Of a stretch of 64,000 bases of DNA, positions 1-8,363 are shown one piece after another. The number at the start of each line of letters is the position of its first letter. The first letter of the stretch is position 1. Both the position numbers and the translations under genes were made by a program. Origin of the DNA: an uncultured Chloroflexia bacterium (GTDB taxonomy: Bacteria > Chloroflexota > Limnocylindria > QHBO01); contig CAVOGE010000004.1 in NCBI GenBank assembly GCA_963695195.1, positions 24,645 to 88,644 on the forward strand, written 5' to 3'. A model generated the notes under the pieces. The model ran no database searches. It was not told where the DNA came from and was given only the letters and a program-made list of their open reading frames with translations.

Positions 1-334
1 CGTCGACCGCGTAGACGATCCGGGCTCCCCGCGCGAGCAGCACATCGGTGAATCCGCCGGTCGAGGCACCGGCGTCCAGGCATGCGCAATCCCTTGGGTC
101 GACGCCAAACGCGTCGAGCGCCGCCTCGAGCTTGGCGCCCGCGCGTGAGGCCCAGCGCGGCCTGGCGCGGACCGTGACGACCGCGTCGCTCGGCACGAGC
201 TGTCCTGGCTTCAGGATGCGGCTTCCCGCACCCCCGAGTTCCACCGCTCCGGCGAGCAGCAGGGAGGTCGCCTCGGAACGCGACCGCGCCAGGTCGCGCT
301 CGACGAGCAACTGATCCAGCCGGATGCGGGTCAC
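1..334 (-). CDS. tlyA: TlyA-family rRNA 2'-O-methyltransferase (S4 + FtsJ-like domains); 3' part lies outside the window
   Basis: Hand translation of the minus strand: GTG at 334-332, then VTRIRLDQLLVERDLARSRSEATSLLLAGAV (S4-like) ... CLDAGASTGGFTDVLLARGARIVYAVD (SAM-binding motif), running off position 1. It is not in the ORF track because no stop lies in the window. It follows dxs, as in the Bacillus dxs-tlyA arrangement. Confidence 0.8.
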   Translation of the reverse strand, partial: MTRIRLDQLLVERDLARSRSEATSLLLAGAVELGGAGSRILKPGQLVPSDAVVTVRARPRWASRAGAKLEAALDAFGVDPRDCACLDAGASTGGFTDVLLARGARIVYAVD

Positions 335-376
335 GGGAGCTGTCTCATCGGTATCGGGTCATGAGGAGACGCTGCC

Positions 377-2347
377 TCAGGCGGCGGTCACCTTCGATGC
401 CCGTTGTCCGGCGGCCTCCGCGGCCGGCGCCTCGAGGCCGAGCGCCTCGCGGATCTGTCCCAGGATTCCCGGCTCGTCGATCCGCTGCTGTCGGCGGAGG
501 TCGTCGACCGCGCCGTGGTGCACGAATCCCTCGGCCAGGGCGACCTTTAACAGCGGAACCCGGACACCAGCCCGGTTGAGCGCGTCGAGCACGCCATCGC
601 CGAAGCCGCCCATGGCGGCGCTCTCCTCGGCGGTCACTACCAGGCGCCGCCCCTTCGCCTGGGCACCGATCAGATCCTCGTCGAGCGGCTTGGCCCAGCG
701 CGCGTTGACCACCGTGCTGCCGATCCCGTGATCGGCCTGCAGGGTTTCGGCCACTCTGAGCAGCCGCTGGACGATCGGCCCGAAGCCGATCAGCAGCAGG
801 TCGCCACCGCTGCGCAGCACCTCGCCCCGTCCCATTTCGAGCGGGACTCCGTGTCGGTCCGGCAGATCCTCACCCGGGTCGCGGGGGTAGTGCAGGCTGA
901 TCGGTCCGTCATGGCCGAAGGCGGTCGCCATCATGTCGCGCAACTCCTGCTCGTCCTTGGGTGAGCCGATCACGAGATTCGGCAGGGCGCGCTGCGCGGG
1001 AAGCGTGAACATGCCCTGGTGGCTGGTGCCGTCCTCCCCCACGAGTCCGGCCCGATCGATGGCCAGCAGCACCGGCAGGTCGTTCTGGCAGACGTCGTGG
1101 ACCAGTGAGTCGTAGGCCCGCTGGCTGAACGTCGAGTAGAGGGCCACCACCGGGCGCATCCCGCCGAGCGCCATGCCGGCGGCCATGGTCACCGCGTGCG
1201 GCTCGGCGATGCCCACGTCAAAGAAGCGGTCCGGAAAGCGAGCCGCGAAGCGTGAGAGGCCGGTTCCGGTGGGCATGCCCGCGGTCACGGCGCAGATGCG
1301 CCCATCGGTTTCTGCCAGCCGGACGAGTTCCTCGGCGAACGTGGCGGTGTACGTCTTGGGGCGGCGGCGCTGCTCCGCCTGCGGCGGGAGTGGCTCCTCG
1401 GTCGGATCGATCAGGCACAGGTCGATCGGCGGCAGGCTGGCTCCGTGGAAGGCGATTGCGTCGATCTCGGCCGGCCCGTAGCCCTTCCCCTTGGTCGTCT
1501 TGACATGGACCAGCACCGGGCCCGGCAGGGCGAAGGCCCGCTCGAAACTCTCCTCCATCTCGGCCAGGTTGTGGCCGTCAAGGACTCCGATGTAGGTGAT
1601 GCCAAGATCCTCGAAGAATCCAACCTTGGCCAGGGAGCGCTTGAACCCCTCCTTGGCCCACGCCAGTGCCCCGAGCGCGGGCTTGCCGAGGATCGGCACC
1701 CTGGGGAGCAGGCGTGCCGTGGCCGACTTGGTCTCCTGGTAGGCGCGCGTCAAACGAAGCTTGTTGAGCCGCGTGGAGAGGCCGCCGACGCTGGGGCTGA
1801 TGCTCATCTCGTTGTCGTTGAGGACGATCAGCAGGCGCTGACGGGCGTGCCCCACGTGGTTGAGCGCCTCCATGCTGAGGCCGCTCTGGATGGCGGCGTC
1901 TCCGACGCACACGGCGATACGCTGGTTGCGGAGCGGCTCGAGGCTCGGTCGCAGGTCGCGGGCCGCCGCCAGGCCCACCCCGATGCTCACCCCCGTGCCG
2001 GCGTGGCCGCCATCGAAGACGTCGTGCTCGCTCTCCCCACGTCGTGGAAAGCCGCCGACGCCCCCTACCTGGCGCAGCGTTGCGAAGCGCTCCAGCCGCC
2101 CGGTCAACAGCTTGTGCGCGTACGCCTGGTGACCGGTGTCCCACACGATCCGGTCGCGAGGCGAGTCCATCACGCGGTGCAGCGCCAGGGTGAGTTCAAC
2201 GGTCCCGAGCGAACTGGCGAGGTGTCCGCCGGCGTGCTGCACGGTACGGATCATCTTCTCGCGCAGCTCGGTCGCCAGGACGGCCATCTCCTCGGCGGTC
2301 ATCCCCCGCAGCTGCGCCGGATCGGTCAAGGCGTCGAGGATTGTCAA
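377..2347 (-). CDS. dxs: 1-deoxy-D-xylulose-5-phosphate synthase
   Basis: 656-aa ORF. The N-terminus MTILDALTDPAQLRGMTAEEMAVLATELRE, GGHLASSLG, the TPP-binding segment CVGDAAIQSGLSMEALNHVG...VLNDNEMSI and the transketolase-like C-half are all typical of Dxs. Confidence 0.95.
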   Translation of the reverse strand: MTILDALTDPAQLRGMTAEEMAVLATELREKMIRTVQHAGGHLASSLGTVELTLALHRVMDSPRDRIVWDTGHQAYAHKLLTGRLERFATLRQVGGVGGFPRRGESEHDVFDGGHAGTGVSIGVGLAAARDLRPSLEPLRNQRIAVCVGDAAIQSGLSMEALNHVGHARQRLLIVLNDNEMSISPSVGGLSTRLNKLRLTRAYQETKSATARLLPRVPILGKPALGALAWAKEGFKRSLAKVGFFEDLGITYIGVLDGHNLAEMEESFERAFALPGPVLVHVKTTKGKGYGPAEIDAIAFHGASLPPIDLCLIDPTEEPLPPQAEQRRRPKTYTATFAEELVRLAETDGRICAVTAGMPTGTGLSRFAARFPDRFFDVGIAEPHAVTMAAGMALGGMRPVVALYSTFSQRAYDSLVHDVCQNDLPVLLAIDRAGLVGEDGTSHQGMFTLPAQRALPNLVIGSPKDEQELRDMMATAFGHDGPISLHYPRDPGEDLPDRHGVPLEMGRGEVLRSGGDLLLIGFGPIVQRLLRVAETLQADHGIGSTVVNARWAKPLDEDLIGAQAKGRRLVVTAEESAAMGGFGDGVLDALNRAGVRVPLLKVALAEGFVHHGAVDDLRRQQRIDEPGILGQIREALGLEAPAAEAAGQRASKVTAA

Positions 2348-2402
2348 GCATATCTCCGGGTCGCGTAGGCGCCTGAGAGTATAGGTCAGCCCGGTGAGGT
2401 GG

Positions 2403-2855
2403 TCAGATCAGCGTCTTGGTCAGGAAGTACGAGGTCTTCGACACGGTGTACCCCTCGCGGGCGTAGAAGGCGTGGGCCCGCTCGCGGGTGAGCCGCGTCG
2501 CGATCACCATGCGCACACACCCACGGGCGATCGCCCACCGCTCTACCGCCTCGAGCAGCTGGGCGCCGATGCGGGACGAACGGTGGCCGTCCGTCACGAC
2601 CATGCCCAACACCAGCGCACTGAGCGGTTCAACCAGGGTTCTGCGCACCTCGACGTGGCACCAGCCGATGGCGCGGTCAGCTGGGTCGGCGGCCACCATC
2701 ACGGCCGCATCGGTCGGATGGAGCGCCGCGAGGCGACCGAGCAGCGCCTCCGCGCTGGTCGGATAGCCCAACTCACCGGCGAGGGCGGCAAGCGCCGGAG
2801 CGTCGGACGGGAGAGGCGGTCGGATACGGATCGGGTGCCGAGTCGAGTCAGGCAT
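2403..2855 (-). CDS. GNAT-family N-acetyltransferase
   Basis: 150-aa ORF with a GNAT-like acetyl-CoA-binding segment (MVVTDGHRSSRIGAQLLEAVERWA). Its start overlaps the xseB stop by 8 nt. Confidence 0.75.
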   Translation of the reverse strand: MPDSTRHPIRIRPPLPSDAPALAALAGELGYPTSAEALLGRLAALHPTDAAVMVAADPADRAIGWCHVEVRRTLVEPLSALVLGMVVTDGHRSSRIGAQLLEAVERWAIARGCVRMVIATRLTRERAHAFYAREGYTVSKTSYFLTKTLI

Positions 2856-3108
2856 CCGATTCAGCGGCGGCGGTCACCTCCGGGTCGTCAACCTCGAGAC
2901 CTCTCCCCAGCTGGCTGATGCTGAGCTCGGCCTCGCGCAGCCGCTGCTCAGCGGCAGCATGCAGCCGCAGCGCTTCGCGGTAGCGGGCGATGCTCTCCTC
3001 GAGGGGCAGATTTCCCGCCTCGAGCGCCTGCACGATGCGCTGCAGCTCGGTGACCAGCTCGTCGAAGGGGCGCGCGGCGAGATCGTCAGCTGTCGATTGA
3101 TCGGTCAT
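2848..3108 (-). CDS. xseB: Exodeoxyribonuclease VII small subunit
   Basis: The last 86 codons of the 463-aa track ORF form a typical XseB helical hairpin: MTDQSTADDLAARPFDELVTELQRIVQALEAGNLPLEESIARYREALRLHAAAEQRL. The ATG at 3108-3106 overlaps the xseA stop (ATGA). Confidence 0.88.
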   Translation of the reverse strand: MTDQSTADDLAARPFDELVTELQRIVQALEAGNLPLEESIARYREALRLHAAAEQRLREAELSISQLGRGLEVDDPEVTAAAESDA

Positions 3109-4367
3109 GGCACAAGCTCCTCCGTGCCGGCTGAGGTGCGCTCGATCCGCGCACCGATGCTCCCGCGGGCAACCAGGACCTGGAGCCGATCCCCCACGGC
3201 CGTCTGCGCCGGGTCCCGAACGATCGTACCGTCCGAGAGCCGTGCGACGGCGTATCCGCGGTCGAGGGTCGCCAGCGGCGATAGGGCGCGCAGCGCGTCG
3301 CCGAGGCCCGCAAGGGCGGTCGTCTGCTGCCCGGTGCGTGAGAGGAGCGCTCGGTGGCCGCGGTCGACCAGCTCTGCGGTGCGCTGCCGGAGCACCTTCG
3401 TGTCGGGTAGGAGCCGGACGAGTGCGCGCTCCTCGGCGGCAAGGTGGCGGCGGTTCTCTGCCAGGCGACCAAGCAGCGCGGCCGAGGCACGATCCCGGAG
3501 CCGATCCAGGATGGCCGGGAAGGTCGACAGGTCGGGCGCGACCACTTCCGCGGCAGCCGACGGGGTCGGAGCACGCAGGTCGGCGGCGAAATCGGCGAGC
3601 GTGACGTCGGATTCGTGCCCGACGCCGACCACCACGGGCATCGGCGCCGATGCCACGGCCCGTACCACCCGTTCGTCGTTGAAGGACCACAGGTCCTCGA
3701 GCGATCCGCCGCCACGACCCAGGATCACCACATCGATGTCGCCGCGCGCGGAGAGGCGATCGAGTGCGCGCACGATGGCACCGGCAGCGGTCGGTCCCTG
3801 CACGATGGTGGGCGACAGCACCAGTACGCCGATCGGGTAGCGGCGGCGGAGCACGTTGCCGATGTCGCGCCAGACTGCCCCGACGGGTGAGGTGACGACG
3901 CCGATCCGTCGAGGCCAGCGCGGCAGGGCTCGCTTGCGTGCCGGGTCGAACAGCCCCTCCTCGGCGAGCCTCACCCGCAACGCCTCGTACTGCTGGTGCA
4001 GGTCGCCGGCACCCGCCGGGGTGAGCGACTCGACGTAGACCTGGTAGGTGCCCTGCGGCTCGTAGGCACGCACCTTGCCGTGGCAGATCACCTGCATCCC
4101 GTGCACCGGGCGCACGGTGGCGCGGGCCAGCTCCTCCCGGAAGAGGACCGCCTTCACCTGGCTGGCCGCGTCCTTGAGGGTGAAGAAGCAGTGGCCGGAC
4201 GGAGGGAAGGCCGGCTGGCTCACCTCTCCCTCGACCCACACGTCGGCGAGCGCCGGATCGCCATCGAGCAGTGCCCGCACCCGCCGGTTGAGGTCGGTGA
4301 CGCGCAGGATCCGCGGCGCCGGACTCGGCGCCTCCCAGAGCATGCCCTGGTCCGGATCGTTGGGCAT
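3105..4367 (-). CDS. xseA: Exodeoxyribonuclease VII large subunit
   Basis: 420-aa ORF. N-terminal OB-fold signature VTDLNRRVRALLDGDP...VWVEGEVSQP...SGHCFFTLKD, followed by the catalytic/helical region. Confidence 0.92.
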   Translation of the reverse strand: MPNDPDQGMLWEAPSPAPRILRVTDLNRRVRALLDGDPALADVWVEGEVSQPAFPPSGHCFFTLKDAASQVKAVLFREELARATVRPVHGMQVICHGKVRAYEPQGTYQVYVESLTPAGAGDLHQQYEALRVRLAEEGLFDPARKRALPRWPRRIGVVTSPVGAVWRDIGNVLRRRYPIGVLVLSPTIVQGPTAAGAIVRALDRLSARGDIDVVILGRGGGSLEDLWSFNDERVVRAVASAPMPVVVGVGHESDVTLADFAADLRAPTPSAAAEVVAPDLSTFPAILDRLRDRASAALLGRLAENRRHLAAEERALVRLLPDTKVLRQRTAELVDRGHRALLSRTGQQTTALAGLGDALRALSPLATLDRGYAVARLSDGTIVRDPAQTAVGDRLQVLVARGSIGARIERTSAGTEELVP

Positions 4368-4372
4368 CGGTC

Positions 4373-4933
4373 CTACTGGAGCCGGGTCATGTATTCGCCG
4401 GTGCGCGTGTCGATTCGCAGCAGGTCGCCCTCGTTGACGAAGAGCGGTACCTGGACCACGAGCCCTGTCTCCAGGGTGGCGGCCTTGCGAGCGCCAGTAG
4501 CCGTATCGCCGGCAAAGCCCGGATCGGTCCGGGAGACGATCAGGTCCACCGAGACCGGCAGATCAACGCCGAGCACTTCGCTCTCGTACATGGTGACAAC
4601 CACCTCTGCCGTCTCCTTGAGGTACTTCGCATCGTCACCGATCTGCGCCACGCTCACGATGAACTGGTCGAACGTCTCGTTGTCCATGAAATGGAACGAG
4701 TCGCCGTCACCGTACAGGTACTGCACCTTGCGCTGCTCGACGCGCGCCCGCGGCCAGCGCGTGCCGGCCTGGAAGGTGCGCTCCACGATGTCGCCACGGC
4801 GCACGTTCTGGAGCTTCATACGGACCTGGGCCGATCCGCGCGCCATCTTGATGTGGGTCCAGTCGAGGACCTTGAGAAGCTGGCCGTCGAGCTCGATGAT
4901 GACGCCCTTCTTGACATCGCCGGTACTGATCAT
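4373..4933 (-). CDS. efp: Translation elongation factor P
   Basis: 186-aa internal start MISTGDVKKGVIIELDGQLLKVLDWTHIKMARGSAQVRMKL... ending ...DTRTGEYMTRLQ, a full-length EF-P pattern. The upstream part of the track ORF is a high-GC extension. Confidence 0.93.
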   Translation of the reverse strand: MISTGDVKKGVIIELDGQLLKVLDWTHIKMARGSAQVRMKLQNVRRGDIVERTFQAGTRWPRARVEQRKVQYLYGDGDSFHFMDNETFDQFIVSVAQIGDDAKYLKETAEVVVTMYESEVLGVDLPVSVDLIVSRTDPGFAGDTATGARKAATLETGLVVQVPLFVNEGDLLRIDTRTGEYMTRLQ

Positions 4934-4985
4934 CTGGTCACCGATGCTCCCTGCCTGTCGTTGGCCTGCGGCCGGTGGCCGGCGA

Positions 4986-6317
4986 TCATGATGCCGGGCA
5001 CTCGGAATTGGCACGGGCGATGTTGGCCTCGTGCTGCCCAAGCGTGACCGCGAAGTAGTGCGAGCCGTCGCGGACCCCGCTGGGGCAGCCAGCGACGAAG
5101 AAGAAGTACCCGTTCGCGAGGTCCGGCACCGCGACCGCCGCCAGCGAGGCGACGCGCGGCGCCGAGATCGGGGTTGGCGGCAGCCCGTCATGCAGGTAGG
5201 TGTGATAGCCGAGGAGCAGCTCCGGCAGCTCGATGTCGATGGCACGCGCCAGCAGCGGCGGCCACCAGTTGAGCTGCCCCCATTCGGCGAGAGGTTTCGT
5301 CCCGTTTGCGAGTGTGCCCAGCCCGTATTGGATCGTCGGATCCGCATCGAGGCGCCACCCGGCGGTGTTGAGCCGATTGATGTAGACGCCGGCAATGAGT
5401 GCCCGCTCCGAATCCAGCACCGCCTCCCGTTCGACGATCGAGGCGACGCGCACCGCCTCATCGATGGTCATCGGGCCACCGAGCAGCGGCTGCGCCGCGA
5501 TCTGTTCCCGCATCTCGGTAGTCAGCCGCGTATCAAAGGTTGCGAGGAGGAGGCCGATCACCTCGCGTGCTGTCGCATTGGCGTCCACCCGGTACGTATC
5601 GGGGTAGAGGTACCCCTCCAGCGAGCGTGCGTCGGGGAGTGCGGCCAGGAAATCGTAGGCCCCGAGCAGGTCGGCCGGCGGATCGGCTGCGAGGGAGGCG
5701 AATTCAGCCAGGTTCATGGTCAGACGTGTGGTTCCCAGGTAGCCGACGATCTCCTCGAGTCGCCAGCCCTCGATCAGGGTGATGGTGATCTCCTCGCCCG
5801 CCTCCTGGCGCAGCGCGGCCACGATCTGCGAGGGGCGCAGTGACGGCGAGAGGTCGTAGGCGCCGGCCTGCAGGGTGCCACCGCGCTCTGCCTGGATCAC
5901 GGCGTACTGGAAGGCGAGCTGGCTCTTGATGAGTCCCTTGGTGAGCAACAGCTCGCCGATCTCCGAATCGGTCGTGCCCGGCTCGACGAAGACGGTGATC
6001 CGCCGCCCGTCATTGCCGGCGGGTTCGTCGGCCAGCGCCTCGGGCTGGTACCAGTTGACGAAGTCGCGCACGACGCCGTTGTCGACCGACCCGGGGTGCT
6101 CCTCGACCCAGACCATCAGCGACGGTGCCAGCGCGACGAAGCCGATGAAGATGAGCACCACCATCAGGACCATGACGCCCGCCAGCCAGGCGGCCAGCAC
6201 GACCGGCTGGAAGGTGCGGCGGCGGCGGATGGGCGTCTCGCGCTCATCGCGCAACTCCCGGATGCGGGCGTTGCGGCGCTCGTCGCGACTCCATCGCGGG
6301 TCGGGGGTACGGGTCAT
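4986..6317 (-). CDS. mltG: Endolytic murein transglycosylase MltG (YceG-like)
   Basis: It has an N-terminal TM helix (VVLAAWLAGVMVLMVVLIFIGFVAL) and a YceG domain (EGYLYPDTY, ASIVEREA, INRL). Start MTRTPDP at 6317 gives a 4-nt overlap with the ruvX stop. It lies after ruvX, as in the conserved alaS-ruvX-mltG order. Confidence 0.85.
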   Translation of the reverse strand: MTRTPDPRWSRDERRNARIRELRDERETPIRRRRTFQPVVLAAWLAGVMVLMVVLIFIGFVALAPSLMVWVEEHPGSVDNGVVRDFVNWYQPEALADEPAGNDGRRITVFVEPGTTDSEIGELLLTKGLIKSQLAFQYAVIQAERGGTLQAGAYDLSPSLRPSQIVAALRQEAGEEITITLIEGWRLEEIVGYLGTTRLTMNLAEFASLAADPPADLLGAYDFLAALPDARSLEGYLYPDTYRVDANATAREVIGLLLATFDTRLTTEMREQIAAQPLLGGPMTIDEAVRVASIVEREAVLDSERALIAGVYINRLNTAGWRLDADPTIQYGLGTLANGTKPLAEWGQLNWWPPLLARAIDIELPELLLGYHTYLHDGLPPTPISAPRVASLAAVAVPDLANGYFFFVAGCPSGVRDGSHYFAVTLGQHEANIARANSECPAS

Positions 6318-6751
6318 TCGTTCTCCAGTCGGCGCGCGGGAGCGCGGTGGGCGTCCAGATATTCTTGCAGGATCAGGCGGGCCGCGACCGAGTCTCGCTC
6401 CCCGGTTCGTCGAGCGGTACGCCGTCCCGAGTCCGACAACTCCTCGCCTGCCTGCCAACTGGTCAGCCGCTCGTCGACGAATGCGACCGCGCCGCCACCT
6501 GCCGCCAGCTTCGCGCCAAAGGCCCGAGCCGCCGCAGCCTGCGGCCCCTCGCTGCCATCCATGTTCAATGGCAGACCCACCACGTAGCTGGTGGTGCCCT
6601 CGGCCGCAGCGACGTCGGCGAGCGCCTTCAGGTCGGCCGCTTCGCGGGTTCGGCGCAGCGCGGGTCGGGCGAATGCGAGGCCTGTCTCGGTATCCCCCAC
6701 GGCAACGCCGATCCGTCGGCTGCCATGATCAAGGCCGATGACCCGGCTCAT
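6314..6751 (-). CDS. ruvX: Holliday-junction-resolvase-like nuclease RuvX/YqgF
   Basis: The internal start MSRVIGLDHGSRRIGVAVGD...YVVGLPLNMDGSEG...DERLTS is the classic YqgF signature. Its ATG shares 1 nt with the upstream stop (TGATG). Confidence 0.9.
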   Translation of the reverse strand: MSRVIGLDHGSRRIGVAVGDTETGLAFARPALRRTREAADLKALADVAAAEGTTSYVVGLPLNMDGSEGPQAAAARAFGAKLAAGGGAVAFVDERLTSWQAGEELSDSGRRTARRTGERDSVAARLILQEYLDAHRAPARRLENE

Positions 6752-8358
6752 CAGCGCGGAGACTCGCTGGGCGACCCGCCGGCGTCGGGCGCGCCTTGCA
6801 GCACGGTGATCCGCATCGTGAGCCTCGGTATCCGGTCGACCCATTGGGGCCACAGCTCGATCTCCAGTTCGCCGACTTCGGCCAACTCGGCCCGTGCCTC
6901 ATCCTCGGTCAGCCCCGCGGCCCGCTGCCGGATCGCATCCTCGTCGAGGTCGGCGACCGCAGTGGCCCCCACCGTCGCCTCGATACGCAGCGTCTCCGTA
7001 CCTACCGTCACCGCTCCCAGCGCCACGGTCAGGGATTCGGCCACGACCGACATCCCGGCTGGTACCGCTTCGAGATCGGCGCCAAAGGCGGTCCGCGCGG
7101 CGTCCTCCGCGACCGATCGCATGACGTACGGTCGATCGAATACCAGCGTGCCGGTGAACTCAAGTCTCTCCAGATCCTCGGTCCCGACCAGGTCGTCGGG
7201 AACCGGGATGGTTGGGGCCTCACCCGCGGAACCGGCGGCGTACAGGCGGTCGGCGGCACCGAGCCTCGACGCGAGCTGTCCGGCCAGGTCGGTCCCTATC
7301 TCGGCGACCAGCGCATCGATGTCCGATTGCTCGACCACGGTGTGCGGCACCTCGGCGCCGCCAGCGGTCGCCTCATTGTTGGTCACCAGTCGATTCGGGT
7401 TGTCGAGAAGGCCTCCCGTCAGGAGGATCCGCACCGAGTTGTCCTCGATGGTGTCGATCGTGCCGGACTCCACGTTGCCGCCCTCGCCGCCCTCAACAGC
7501 TGTCACAGCGACGCTCCCATGGGACGGCACAAAGAAGGAGTTCCGTCTTGGGACAACTAGCCGCTCATCTGTGACAAATGCAATTCCTCCATCAACCGAT
7601 ACCCGAGTGCCCAATGGCACAGCGACGGCGTCCGGGTTCCAGTTGGAGAACGTCACAACGCCGATAGCCGGCACCTGCTCGATGCGCTCCCCGGTCGGCG
7701 ACGCGCTCCGGGTGGCCGCAAGTTCGCCCGACTCGCGGCCGGCGATCGTCACGTCCAGCGGATATTCGAGGGGCCCGATCACGGTGGTAGCGGCCACTAT
7801 GCGGATTGTGGCGCCGGGGAGCAGCGCCGCACCGACCGTCACGGCGAGCACCACGATCACTGCCAGAACGATCCACCCGCCGCGTCCGCGCGGCGGCCTG
7901 CCAGCGCCGCGGCCGCCGCGTCGCTTTGGCTCGGCGGGAGGCAGCCGAACGGCCACCGTCTCATCGGAAGACGGTGAACGGACCGCGGGCGCGGGCGCTT
8001 CCGGCGAGACGGCTGACGACGACCCGTCGCCACGCACGATGTGGATCGGCGCGCGCGGCGCGGTCGGGGTCTCGGCACTCACCGTTCCGGCCGTCGCATC
8101 GGCGACCGTGGCGAAGACCGCGATCCCCGCCTCGGCGGCCAGGGCACGCGTGGACCCATCGGCGACCAGGGCCAGCTCACGCCCAGCGTCGGTCGCGAAC
8201 CCCGCCAGGAGCCGCAGGCCGACTGCGCTCGCAGTGGCGCGGCTGCGTCCGGGGACGACCAGCACGACGCGGGTGGCATCGGACTCACGCAAGCGGCGGA
8301 CCACCGAGGTGATCTCATCATCGGGCTCGAGGTAGAGCAGTCGCGGCTCGTCGGTCAT
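6751..8358 (-). CDS. Single-pass membrane protein with a cytoplasmic N-domain and a baseplate-J(gp47)-like outer region; function unknown
   Basis: 535-aa ORF with an N-domain MTDEPRLLYLEPDDEITSVVRRLRES...RVVLVVPGRS and a TM helix GGWIVLAVIVVLAVTVGAALL. The segment GVVTFSNWNP..VPLGTRVS...VAVTAVEGGEGGNVESGTIDTI resembles the Baseplate_J motif (A..G..GNV.aG.I). This is a recall-based assignment. Confidence 0.7.
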   Translation of the reverse strand: MTDEPRLLYLEPDDEITSVVRRLRESDATRVVLVVPGRSRATASAVGLRLLAGFATDAGRELALVADGSTRALAAEAGIAVFATVADATAGTVSAETPTAPRAPIHIVRGDGSSSAVSPEAPAPAVRSPSSDETVAVRLPPAEPKRRGGRGAGRPPRGRGGWIVLAVIVVLAVTVGAALLPGATIRIVAATTVIGPLEYPLDVTIAGRESGELAATRSASPTGERIEQVPAIGVVTFSNWNPDAVAVPLGTRVSVDGGIAFVTDERLVVPRRNSFFVPSHGSVAVTAVEGGEGGNVESGTIDTIEDNSVRILLTGGLLDNPNRLVTNNEATAGGAEVPHTVVEQSDIDALVAEIGTDLAGQLASRLGAADRLYAAGSAGEAPTIPVPDDLVGTEDLERLEFTGTLVFDRPYVMRSVAEDAARTAFGADLEAVPAGMSVVAESLTVALGAVTVGTETLRIEATVGATAVADLDEDAIRQRAAGLTEDEARAELAEVGELEIELWPQWVDRIPRLTMRITVLQGAPDAGGSPSESPR

Positions 8359-8363
8359 CGGTC

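Noticed and set aside
2848-4239. 463-aa minus-strand ORF spanning the whole xseA region.
   Set aside because: Only its last 86 codons (xseB) look like protein. The rest overlaps xseA in another frame and is Arg/Pro-rich.
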